DNA of 64,000 bases from Octopus sinensis (GCF_006345805.1 NC_042997.1:202182001-202246000); one strand, 5' to 3'; positions 26,271-37,494 are shown, numbered from the stretch's first letter. Notes: generated by a model not told the origin, from the letters alone. Program-made: numbers and translations.

Positions 26271-26673
26271 TTAGTGAAGGGAAGAAATGGAGCTGAACGA
26301 AGATTCTACAGAATTCCTTTTATTATTTTCTACACATGTTTCAAGGCCCATTTGTTTTGGAGTTTTAAATTCCTGGATTTTCCTGAAGAGAAAGCTGCAA
26401 AATGGTCTCCTTATTCAGTCCAAATTTGGAAATTTGCGGCCTTTGAAACATGTGTAGAAAATAATAAAAGGAATTCTGTAGAATCTTCGTTCAGCTCCAT
26501 TTCTTCCCTTCACTAAATATATTAAACTTCAATTATCCGCGCTAAGGCACGGTTGCGACACCCCAAGGTCGTAACTCCAACCGTGTTTTTTCTGTTGTGA
26601 TTTTTGCTACCCAGGTATCGGTTAAATTTTGAATAATCCTTAACAAGATAATTCATTTATCCATTTCAATAAA
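26265..26673 (+). mobile_element. Solo PLE pseudo-LTR with 5' inverted arm; diverged relative of the adjacent PLE
   Basis: 26265-26348 is a near-perfect inverted copy of 26438-26522; the body is recognisably homologous to the reverse complement of 26691-26990; (TA)n on both sides. Confidence 0.8.
26377..26462 (+). ncRNA. Type I hammerhead ribozyme motif
   Basis: Stem I ATTTTC/GAAAAT; CTGAAGA 26383-26389; stem II GAAAGCTGCAAA/TTTGCGGCCTTT; GAAAC-ATGT-GTA 26445-26456; predicted cleavage after 26456. Confidence 0.8.
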
Positions 26674-26690
26674 TATATATATATATATAT

Positions 26691-26931
26691 ATTATGTGAA
26701 ATAGAAAGATGAATAATCTTGTAGTAGATTAATCAAATTTAACCGATACCTTAGTAGCAAAAATCACAGCAGTGAACAGCACGGTTGGAGGTACAACCAT
26801 CTGGCGTTGCAACCGTGCGTTGGTGCGGATAATTGAAATTAAAACATTATTGGTGAATTGAAGAAATGGAGCTGAACGCAGATTGAACAGAAATCGTTTT
26901 ATTTCATTCTACACGTGTTTCGAAAGGCACA
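26691..26931 (-). repeat. PLE 3' pseudo-LTR, portion shared with the 5' repeat
   Basis: Nearly identical to 30319-30560, differing only by small indels at A-runs. Confidence 0.92.
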
Positions 26932-26990
26932 AATTACCAAAATCCGATTGAATAATGGGACCATATTGTGTCTTTCTCTTCAGGAAGAAA
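26902..26990 (-). ncRNA. Type I hammerhead ribozyme in the PLE 3' pseudo-LTR
   Basis: Minus strand: TTTCTTC-CTGAAGA-GAAAGACACAA...TTGTGCCTTTC-GAAAC-ACGT-GTA-GAATGAAA. Core intact; palindromic stem III ACACGTGT; predicted cleavage between 26910 and 26909. Confidence 0.85.
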
Positions 26991-27595
26991 AAAGGAAATC
27001 CGTTGGAAAAACAAAAACAGAACAGAGGCAGAGCAAAAAACAAATCGAACTGTGCTCCTAAGAGCCCATGGCGAAACTGTTTATCAGTGTATGTTGAGAA
27101 CCGGTGGCTGAAGAATTCAACAGGTCAGGCATCGGTCAATCATGTGGGTGAGGGTGTATAGATGTTCTTTGTGACCGAGAATAAAGTTCTGACTATTTAA
27201 AGAATATTGGATGTTTTATAAGGGGCGAGAAAAAATCTACTTAGAGACGTGTGTGTGTGTATACTGTTCTATATATGTGTGTGTTGGCGTAGGGGTAGAA
27301 AACATTTTTTGTGTACGTGTGTGCGTTTGATCGTTCGGCTGTCAGTGGCTACTGCCGTGATAACCGTTGGGTGGCAGAAAGAAAAAAAATAAAGAAATTA
27401 TATATATATATTATGTTTTATGTGTGTGGTGAGTGTTCATCTAAGCCTGCCTTGACAAGGAAACCCCCCGCTGTGAAAAAACAAGCCCCGTTTGTCTTAC
27501 AGGAGTAATTTCCCTTGCAGTGGTTAATGTAGATATCTTAAAAGCTTTCAGAATTTGTTACCAAGGGCTATGGGTGCCGGTCTTATTTATAAACG

Positions 27596-30273
27596 CTATT
27601 TAAAGGCCAGATAAGTGTAACGCCGCCAATGGGGGCATCGAAAAGCCGACTGTAAGAGCCCGTTTACCATCCGGCCTCTGGCAAACAAAATATGGAAGAG
27701 TTCGGAGACACAAAGGTTGCACTGTCTTCTGCCCCTATCAAATGGGAGGGCCACCGACAAAATGACCATTCCAGCCTATAGCTTAAGTTCGCATCCTTCA
27801 GTCGCCATATTAGCTTACTGAGTCCCGTGGTCTGGCGCTTGTTCACGTCCCGAAAAGTTGCGTAATGGTTAGAGACACGCAAAGACAATCTTGAGGATGA
27901 TGCCCCTATATAAGTGAAGGCATCTGAGTCCGTGTAAACCTTGCATTGGTAGACGGCGTTTTTGATCTTGGAGTTCGCCGACGTGAATCTTACTCTGCCA
28001 CGATGGTTTCTGAAATTAGAACTGCGTTCCTGTCACTATATTCGTTCCGAGACCTGCAGCCGCTTACTACTCTATTTTCCACTACGTCACTATTAACTAT
28101 AGGAATAACCCCTGATTCTCCACTATCTATCAGAGTGCTGTCATTGCTACTGCCCGTGGTACTGCTATTGCGGGAAATGATGCTGGGGATGCTAAAGGGG
28201 CTCTCTACCCTACCCATTGTTACCATCAACCACAACTCCCCTATTTATAACTATACCCCTAGTGGGTACTCCCTGGCTGGAGCTGAGATTATGTGTCACT
28301 GTACTGGCTCTCATATCATTATTACTACTATAATTATTCCTACTGAGCATTAAACCGGGAGCGGAAGAGGCTGTGCCTCCGGAAAAAGGTGATAGGTCTT
28401 AGTAAGTAGCCTATTATTATGGGAGGCGATTATCTGGGCGAGGTTTTTAGTGTTGGAGAAAGCTATCCTAACTTTATGTGAGTTAACCGTGGAGTAATAT
28501 TTGGAATTTCTGGGGAAGTTATTGGCGATGGCTTGTCTAAACATGAGGGGGAGATTAGTTCTAATCTGCTTACCAAAGGGGATTACAAACCATATATGCT
28601 TATTCCTATCAGTGTGAAGGGTCGGGACGCCAGCTCTCGCATTTGGGTGGGTGATTCTCGGATGAATAACGGGTCTTGGGTTAGTGTAAGACCTCCCGGA
28701 CCGATAATTATCCTTGTTCGCTAAATTAAATGCGGGAGCGACTACCCCGTATCCGCCACGCTCCCGTCCTTACTTAAAATGTTAATGTTATTATATACGG
28801 CCCTATCCTGATGACCGAATGATGGCATCGGAAGGGCCGGATCAATATAAATTACCTTCTGCCTATAACCGGCCTTGGATAGTGCGGCGTTATAAAAATC
28901 CGCTTTCTGCATAAAAATATCGGCACTGGCGGACAAGCCAGACAATCTTAGAGAGATGTTTTTAACCAAATTGTCTGTTACGGTTTTGGCATGATTTGAG
29001 AAGACACTGACATACTTCAAATTAGTGGAAGGCTTATGGTAAGGGCAGTATGAGTCGCTATTAAGGTTAAGTGTAACGTCTTGGAAATTAGCCTTGGTGA
29101 GTTCATTATCAAAAACTATACTCATGCCCATTCTATTAAAAAACCTAGCTAACCTGCTCTTAGTTTTCTGCACTATTCTGTTCGTGGTGTTTTGCAGGTA
29201 AAACAGACAATCGTCACGATACAGGCCGCCCGCGATCTCCGGGAATTGATCGGACAATTCGTAGAGAATATATATTCCGACCAAATCGGCTATCTGCGCA
29301 CTATCCGAACTACCCATAGGCACATCAAATTCATTGGGAGTATCCTTACGGATCCACAGCTTATTATCAAACTTAATAAACGATTTCCTGGCAACTAAAA
29401 TGATATCTATCTCTTCTCTGGTGAGGCCTGCCTTGTTGTGAGCATGCCAGAGGGCCTTATTTAGCACACTAGGGTTAATCGAGGGGTAGAAGCTGGCGAT
29501 ATCAAACTGAATGACCTAGTACGGTTCTTATTGGGGATGGAAGAGAACCACTTCACTACCTGCGAGGAGTTGGCCCAGAGGCTGAGCTTCAGCTTGTTTA
29601 CTAAACTAGGGATATATTTATCTAAAATGTACTTACTGATTATCCCGATATCAGATCTAGCAGGGCATATGAGTCTTAGCGCTGGGTTGGTGTGGAAGTT
29701 AGGTTTATGGTCCTTCACTATAAATCTGGTTGCTTGGGGCTAAGCGGCTGAGTTCTCATTTGAATTCGGTGTTTAAATATTATATCCTTAATTTCCAAGT
29801 TTACCTTCCTCAGGGTACTCCAATTGGTTTTTCTATAATTTTTCTTGATCTCTTTACCGAGTAAATCTAGGTACTGCTTAATGGCATCTTGTATGTGTTC
29901 CTGGTCTTGTCGGACTGGACCAGGACTCCGTCCGTTCTATTAATGTCCTTGGTAATTTTATCTAGGTATCTGAGGTGGGCATTTCTCCTGGGTGACTTCC
30001 TGAACTTAATCTTTCTAACTATGTCCCACAAGTCGTCCTCAAACTTCTTCAGTCTTGGGTTCGGTGGCGGCGTATCCAATGTTTTAAAAAGCCGGCCGTA
30101 TTCGGACGATGCAGTTGTCCGGTTCGATTTTAGATCTTCGTTCTCGTGGAAGAAAATGAGCCATCTTATCCGGTTTATGAATGCGTTGGTTTTACAAACC
30201 AACTCCTTAAGGAAGGCATCCTTTGGTGGTATAGGAATATCTTAAGGGACGCATCAATCTCGAACAACTCCAT
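27596..30273 (-). pseudogene. PLE reverse transcriptase / GIY-YIG endonuclease ORF with multiple frameshifts
   Basis: Stitched frames: MELFEIDASLK-IPIPPKDAFLKELVCKTNAFINRIRW; KDHKPNF..NPALRLICP; FDIASFYPSI; FDVPMGSSDSAQIADLVGIYIL; GLYRDDCL; NAVYQCKV...YIGASSSRLSLRVSNH; LSKLIWRLK; CNLCVSE; RCPH...K*. Confidence 0.9.
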
Positions 30274-30318
30274 TATTGGCGTCGGTTAAAGTAGCAGTTT
30301 CTTGACGAAGCGGTATGT

Positions 30319-30556
30319 ATTATGTGAAATAGAAAGATGAATAATCTTGTAGTAGATTAATCAAAAGTTTAACCGATACCTTAGTAGCAAAATCACAGCA
30401 GTGAACAGCACGGTTGGAGGTACAACCATCTGGCGTTGCAACCGTGCGTTGGTGCGGATAATTGAAATTAAAACATTATTGGTGAATTGAAGAAATGGAG
30501 CTGAACGCAGATTGAACAGAAATCGTTTTATTTCATTCTACACGTGTTTCGAAAGG

Positions 30557-30560
<4 letters not shown>
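30319..30560 (-). repeat. PLE 5' partial pseudo-LTR containing only the 3' half of the hammerhead
   Basis: Direct repeat of 26691-26931; minus strand begins TGTGCCTTTCGAAACACGTGTA. Confidence 0.92.
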
Positions 30561-30597
<37 letters not shown>

Positions 30598-31281
30598 GTA
30601 CATTGATGCAAACAGGAAAAATAGAATCAAAATATGAGTATGTGTATGTTTTTATTATATTTAGCAGAAGTAATAGAGTATGTTAAATGAATCAAGAGAG
30701 GCGTGAAGTTGAAACTTTTTAAAAGAGAGGAAAGGCCTTACACAGGACCAGTTCTTCACACTACGCAATGTATGCATTTGTCTCAAAGAAGAATTAGTCA
30801 ACATCATTGAATGAAATCCAAATGGTTACATCACTGTTTTCGTTCTCTTAGAGAAATGTCCAAACGAAGATTAGGGGTCTCTTACTCCCAGCTGTTGGAT
30901 GACTGAGTCCATCCACCTTTCAACAGGTTTTTGTTTCTTGTCCTGCAGAGTATTCATTATGTGTACATATATGCATATTTTCATAACCAGCAGGTTGATA
31001 GTGTAAAAACAGTTACATTTGGTAGTCTGTGAATATGAAAAATAATAATACGTTTAACCCATAAAGCACTGGGATTTGCACTTACATAGCATGGACTGCT
31101 GAGCACATTTTATGAAAATGAAACTACCATGCACCTAAGTCTGATGAGAATCTGAGGATTTCTTCTGATTGAGAAGACTAATTATACATACAAAAGTGTT
31201 TGGTAACACTTTGTCCATAAATGGTTCATAATTTATAATATTGTATTAATTGTATGCACACATACATACATATTTACATAT

Positions 31282-31589
31282 GATCACATGATCACGTGAC
31301 CGACCAGTCCATCAGATGTAGTTACACATCGCTGGTCACAATGCGTTCGCATTGTTTTAGCCTTCGAATGACGCCACCCCGCTGGCTAAGCGAGCAGGCC
31401 AACAGAAGAAAGAGTGGGAGAAAGAGTGGTGAAAGAGTACAGCAGGGATCACCACCCCCTGCCGGAGCCTCATGGAGCTTTAAAGTGTTTTCGCTCAATA
31501 AACACTCACAACGCCCGGTCTGGGAATCGAAACCGCGATCCTACGACCACGAGTCCGCAGCCCTAACCACTAGGCCATTGCGCCTCCAC
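31282..31589 (-). mobile_element. Young tRNA-derived SINE, same family as 41731-42023
   Basis: Minus strand A box TGGCCTAGTGG, B box GTTTCGATTCC, (GTGATCAC)-like tail; TSD ACATATTTACATAT. Confidence 0.88.
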
Positions 31590-31659
31590 ACATATTTACA
31601 TATATACATATAATATACACACAAGCACATAATGTGTGAGCATGTGTATGTGTGAGTCT

Positions 31660-31940
31660 CACAGTGGCAACCAGAATATTGGATGTTATACATCGCTGGC
31701 CACAATGCACTTCACATTGTTTTAGCTTTCAAATGATGCCACCTCACTGGCGAGGTAAGCAGACCGACATTCTCCCTGATTGGAAGACTATTCTGTCACA
31801 GGGTGGTCCGTTTACAGCTGAGTGGACTGGAGCAATTTGAAATAATGTGTTTTGCTCAAGAACATAATGTGCTGCCCAGTCCAGGAATCGAACCCATGAT
31901 ATAGCAATCGTGAGTGCAATACCCTAACCATTAAGTCAAG
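31660..31940 (-). mobile_element. Older CORE-like SINE sharing its 3' tail with 31282-31589
   Basis: CATCGCTGGCCACAATGCACTTCACATTGTTTTAGC tail similarity; B box GGTTCGATTCC on minus. Confidence 0.65.
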
Positions 31941-32434
31941 TGCAAGTGTGTGTGAATTGCAGAAGTTCAGTGAAAGTATCTCATTACCAGTAAATTATTT
32001 ATTGCTTATAGGGAGAAAGAGAGGGAGAGAGAGAGAATGGACAGAAACATGCCTGCATGGTGTTTCATATTTGAAAGACCAATTTGAAATAAAACAAGGT
32101 GTGAAGGTGAACGAGACTTAAGATCAATGGACGAAGGTTGCTGTTAATACAGTGTAGCCAGTGCAAATAGCTGGAGTAGGGTCCCCCCCCCTCTCTCTCT
32201 CTCTCTCTCCTTCTTTTCTCTCTCCCTTTTGCTAGTAGATGAATAATCAGAAATATAGCTGTGCTAGATTCCATGGAGTAGGTGACAGTATAAGCTGTGA
32301 TGACCCGAAGATCAAGGTTCGTCAGGAGAAATGGAGAAGTTTTCTTATTAATGTGAAAGAAAGTGGTAATAAAAGTAAATATCAAAGTTATAAAGAAATG
32401 AATTTGTTATTGGTTGTGGGGTTGGGTCTTTCTT

Positions 32435-32830
32435 TGATGAGAGAGAGAGAGTGAGAGAGATGGCGAAAGATGGAGATGTGAAGTGGAAGAGAGAGAGAAA
32501 TGAGAGAGGGAAGAGACAGAGAACACAAGTGATGGAGGTAGTGAGAGAGAGGAAGAGAGGGAGATGAAGGGTGAAAGACAGGGAGAGATATGAAGTAGAG
32601 GAGAAAGAGAAACGAAGCAGGCAGAGATAGAAAGCATAAGGGATGAAGGACGAGCGATAGAGAGAAAAAAAGAGATGGGAAAGAGAGGGGAGGAGAGATA
32701 TAAAGAGTGAAAGACAGAAAAAGCACAAGTGGTGAAGGGGGAGGAATAGAGAATGTAAGAGATTACAGAGAGAGAGAGAGAGTAGAAAGAGATGAAAGAG
32801 GAGAGATAGAGGTAAATTGCTAGAAAAGAT
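32435..32830. repeat. Purine-rich (GA)n-derived low-complexity tract
   Basis: ~400 bp almost entirely G/A on the + strand. Confidence 0.9.
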
Positions 32831-33451
32831 GAAAGTAGTATGTTCACTAATAATTCATCTCTTGGAAACCATAGACAGACATCATTCTGAATCAAATGAG
32901 TGAGCTTTTTTTTTTTTTCACTTTCCCATTCATTTTTTTTTCCTCTTCTACAGAATTAAACGAAATGTTGGAATCTTTATGATATTTAATAAACAATCCC
33001 CCACAAATCAATGTATTCAAAACAGAAGCACATGTGCAACCGAAGAACTGTCGTTGATAAATAGATTCTAAAAACAACATAAGTAGAAAGATAGGAGATA
33101 ATAACAGATGGTGTTAGGAGGAGACTAACAACTACGTTAAGATCAACTCAAGAGCACTTTGCTTTTAAGTGCAGTTCTTTATCTCACAATGATCTCGTAA
33201 ACTGATTTTTGTTTTAATTGTGTTTAACATACGCAGTTTGATAGAGAACTTGTTTGTGGTAACTTATGAAACAAGCTTTGTGTATTATTTATAAGACTTA
33301 TTGAGGAAACCAGTCAACAATTGGGTAAGAATGTTTGTTGTTTTGTTATTAGAGTAATTTATTGCAAAATATGTATTTGGGTGTATACATGTGTGGGTAT
33401 ATAACACAGACATAAATAGATCATACGTACATCATTATCATCATCATTTAA

Positions 33452-33666
33452 CCTTTTAGCATTAAGATTACTCTTTTAAATGCTTATTTATTCACATTGT
33501 TTTGAATTAATTATAAATTAATTTGTAGCTTCAAGTATTTGATGATATGATTGCTTAGTTTTAGAATGACATTGTAGGGTAGGTGTACGGAGCCAGATTT
33601 GGCCAGTTTGAACATTGATGGGTAGAATATTTGGGGCTGGATATGACTGGTTTAGATGCTAAAGAG
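33452..33666. mobile_element. TTAA-specific (piggyBac-type) MITE nested in an RTE-tail repeat
   Basis: TTAA|CCTTTTAGCAT ... ATGCTAAAGAG|TTAA; the flanks rejoin as (CAT)n-TTAAC...CATGGGTTGG. Confidence 0.75.
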
Positions 33667-33670
33667 TTAA

Positions 33671-34200
33671 CCTCTGTCTTCCATACTGGCATGGGTTGGA
33701 TGGTTTGACAGAACTGGTAAACCAGAAGACTGCACCCAAGCTCTACTGTCTGCTTTGGCATGGTTTCTACAGCTGGATGCCCTCTCTAATGCCAGCCACT
33801 TTACAGAGTGTAATGGGTACCATTTATGTGGCACCAGCACTGACAGGGTTACCAGGTGCATTGCAAGACAAAGATCTCAACTGAGAGTGGAAGTGGTATT
33901 GAGTGGGCTGGTTTTGTTCCAGGTGATAAGAGGTTAAACTACAATAAAGGGACAGAAACAGGTGTCTTGTTGTGGAGGTTACCTCAGTCAGAGGGAGAGA
34001 CACAGAGAACAAGTAGGACAGATTTTGGCAATGAATGCCAGGGTGTGTCCTCAAGGTGCAAGGGAGGTCAGTGTTAGTGGAGAGGTAAAGGATTGCAAAG
34101 AGTGTGTGAGCAGGGAGTCCACAAGTATGCAAAAGGAAGTGGGGGGCGTTTGACTGCAGGAATGGTGGGGGAGAGACAAGCATGGTACAGGAAGAAGTTA
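33671..34200 (-). mobile_element. Longer RTE-tail non-autonomous repeat; relatives at ~5725-6200 and 43830-44438
   Basis: RTE tail motif plus a shared upstream body (CAGGTGTCTTG...GGTTACC). Confidence 0.6.
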
Positions 34201-34344
34201 TGTAGTTTGGTTCATTGGGTCAGTGGGGTAGGGGGTGGGGTGAATTAATGGCAGTTCCAGAACTCAGTTTCACTTGGGTAGGCATATCGTGACTTGCAAC
34301 AATTAAACTTGTGCTTACTGATCTTGGAATGGGGGCTTCACTAT

Positions 34345-34779
34345 AAGTGCAAGGCCTGAAATTTGTGAGAGGGGATTAGTCGATTACTTTGACCCCAGTG
34401 CTTCATTGGGAATTTTCTTTTATCAACACCAAAAGGATAAAGGGCAAGGTTGACCTCAGTAAAATTTGAACTCAGAACATTAAAAAAATGCACAAAACAT
34501 GCTATCAGTTCTGCCAGTTCACCATCTTAAATAATAATAATAATAATAATATAATAATGATGATGATGGTTTCACATTTTGGCACAAGGCCAATAATTTT
34601 GTAGGAGGAGTAAATTGATTACATCAACCCCAGTGTTCAGCTGGTACTTATTTTATCAACCCCGAAAGAATGAAAGGCAAAGCTGACCATAGCAGAATTT
34701 GAACACAAGAACATAAGGACAGACGAAGTGCCACTAAGCATTTTGCCCAACGTGCAAACAATTCTGCCAGCTCACTGCT

Positions 34780-34781
<2 letters not shown>
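34345..34781 (-). mobile_element. Two Nin-domain-type SINE copies separated by (AAT)n
   Basis: GATGAAAGGCAAAG...GAATTTGAAC-like cores at ~34435-34475 and ~34670-34705. Confidence 0.7.
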
Positions 34782-34811
<30 letters not shown>

Positions 34812-36000
34812 CTTCACTAGTGATAGGGGCTCATAGAGACACAGAAAATGCAAAGCACCGTTAACTCAAGTGTTTACAAATGAAAATATGTGGAGAAGAG
34901 ACAAATAAGTTAGACAAAGACAAAAGTAACGGTGAATAAAAGCACAATAAAATACACAATAATTAAAATAAAATATAATTAAAAGGAAATAAACATGAAA
35001 AATTACTTGCTGGGTCAGATTAGTAGAAACCATTACATCACTGCCTACTTACCATTGTTTGTATTGTCTTGAGTACACAAAAGTATCGGTTAACATTTTT
35101 TTAATCTGTTAATCTAAAAAAAAAAGAAAGAACACCAACATTTTTTGAGTAGGACTGTTTTAGTTTGTTATGGTACCTTATCATTTATAAACAATGTTTT
35201 GCATTTCCTTTACTCCAAACCTAACTGCACCTGTGTTATTTTTACTCCATCACAATATTCATGCTGCCACAGATGTGTGGTTTTTATCTATAAGTTATCA
35301 GTGTTGTTTTCAAAGGACAGTGAATATTCATTCTTTGTTCATTCTCATCTTTGTTTTTCTGTTTCTGAGAAGGGACATATTCATTGTTTTGTGGAAGTTG
35401 TTCCTCCTTTAATTGTTTTACGTAAGCTTTATTTATTTTTGTTCAGATTTTTTTTTTCTTTTTTACCTCTTTGTTCTTGAACTGTTTCCTGAGCAACCAT
35501 TATTTCTCCTTCATCACATGAAGATGAAGTGTTAGTACTGATTGCTATTTTTAAGGCACCAGGTGTTCACTTGCTTACCTGTGAGATTGGTCACAAAGCA
35601 ATATCTTCTGCCATTCCCAGAGTTTTAACTGATGGCACTCTGCAAACTGGAGTTTGTTGTTCCTTTTGCTTTTGTTTCTCATTTTCTTGCCTGGTTTTTC
35701 TAATTCTTCAGGCTGAATGGGTCTGAAATGGTTCTTACTGTGACAAATCTACCAACTATGCTTTTTGTCTATCATCATCAATTTCATGATCTTTGTCTTG
35801 ACACTCAACTTTTGCCCAATCTTGGTATTCTCTTCAACACCCTCTTACCATGTCACCTCACCTACAATTCCTTACTCCTGTTAATTTACAGACAAGAAGA
35901 GTAAACATCACCAATATCATATCATCAGTCACAAAAAGCCTGCAATGGTCAGGGGCCATGGTCCTACTCCCTGTCTAAATCATTAAAAAGTAAGAAGTAC

Positions 36001-36420
36001 AATCATCAGCATCATCGTTTAACGTCCATTTTCCATGTTGGCATGGGTTGGATGGTTTGATTGAGGTCTGGCAAGCCAGGGGGCTGAACCAGGCTCCAAT
36101 CTGATCTGGCAAAGTTTCTACAGCTGGATGCCCTTCCTAATGCCAGCCACTCCGAGAATGTAGTGAGTGCTTTTTACTTGCCACCTGCACAGGAGCCAGT
36201 CAGGTGGGCCTGGCATCTATTATGTTTGGATAGTGCTTTTTACGTGCCACCAGCATGGGAGCCAGTCAGGGGGTACTGACATCAACCACATTCGGAGAGT
36301 GCTTTTTATGTGCCACCAGCACAGGGGCCATTCAGGCTGTCCTGGCATCAATCACATTCAGATAGTGCTTTTTACATGCCACCGGCATGAGAGCCAGTCA
36401 GACGGATCTGGCATCAACCA
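36001..36420 (-). mobile_element. RTE 3'-tail-derived repeat with four ~63-bp units
   Basis: GTGCTTTTTA(C/T) recurs at ~36167, 36233, 36299 and 36365 after the tail motif. Confidence 0.8.
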
Positions 36421-37044
36421 GAAAGATATATGGAAGCTTTTGTGTAAAATTAGAGTAAGACATCTAAATCAAATGTAATATGGTTTGAATCCCCAAAATA
36501 TCAAATTGCATGTTCTTTGTTAAAAAGTAATTCTGAAAATGGTATCATGGCTACTAAACTCTGGCTATAAAATATATAAGATTTTGTATAATTTATTTAA
36601 CATTTATATACTGTAGAAAGCTACAACACTGCAGTATTCTTCTTGAGAAAGCATTTTGTATAGACATATAGTATTAAAAGAAACAGAAGTACATATGTAG
36701 CAGATGAAAAGTATCCAGCAGCAGTAGTGGAATTGCTAAAGCCAGATTTCTGCATATTTGTGTCTCATCAGTAGAAGACATCCACTAGCAACACCATGCT
36801 TAGACAACTTTAGCTACTATTGATGGAGAAAGTCACTGGTGTCACAATTAGCCAGTAGGTTTGAAAAAAATTTGTTATTAACAAGGGAAGCAGCAACAGT
36901 TCTTCACCCTTTTTGTTTTTTACTATTGCTGCCTCCCTTTTTTTACTAACACTTTTTCAGTGCCTCCCTGCTGTTGGTTCAACAAAATTAAATACACCAC
37001 AAATGCACCACATGTACATATTCAGCTATATATGCACACACAAG

Positions 37045-37462
37045 TTTCAGTCATTTGACTGTGGCTATGCTGGAGTACCACCTTTAGTCGAACAAATCGA
37101 CGCCAGGACTTATTCTTTGTAAACCTAGTACTTATTCTATCAGTCCCTTTTGCCAAACCAAGTAACAGGGACATAAACACACCAGCATCAATTGTCAAGT
37201 GATGGTGTGGAGACAAACACAGACACACAAATACATACATACATATATATATATAACGGGAAGCTTTATGAAAATAAACAAAAGACGAAGGCAGGTGGAA
37301 TACAAACAAACAATTGTATTAGTATGGTGCTCAGGAATATAAATAAAACAAGTCTTTTATGTTTCGAGCCTACGCTCTTCAACAGAAAGATACACAGAAA
37401 AGAAACAAGGAGAGAAAAAAATGCGTGCAGAAGCTAGCGAATCAACATATATATATATATAT

Positions 37463-37494
<32 letters not shown>

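Larger units (their letters stand above)
26691..30560 (-). mobile_element. Penelope-like retroelement (Naiad-like), near full length, with partial tandem pseudo-LTRs
   Basis: ~240-bp direct repeats at 26691-26931 and 30319-30560; RT plus GIY-YIG ORF between them; (TA)n on both flanks; GC content higher than the flanks. Confidence 0.92.

Noticed and set aside
28805-28845. CTGATGA on + inside the PLE ORF (other isolated CTGATGA at ~6079, 10677, 31141 and 57786)
   Set aside because: No correctly placed GAAA with stems II and III; expected by chance
27596-30273. Selenocysteine recoding / SECIS as in some Naiad PLEs
   Set aside because: No in-frame TGA at the conserved Cys positions I translated, and no SECIS evident by eye in the 3' UTR; a SECISearch run would be decisive
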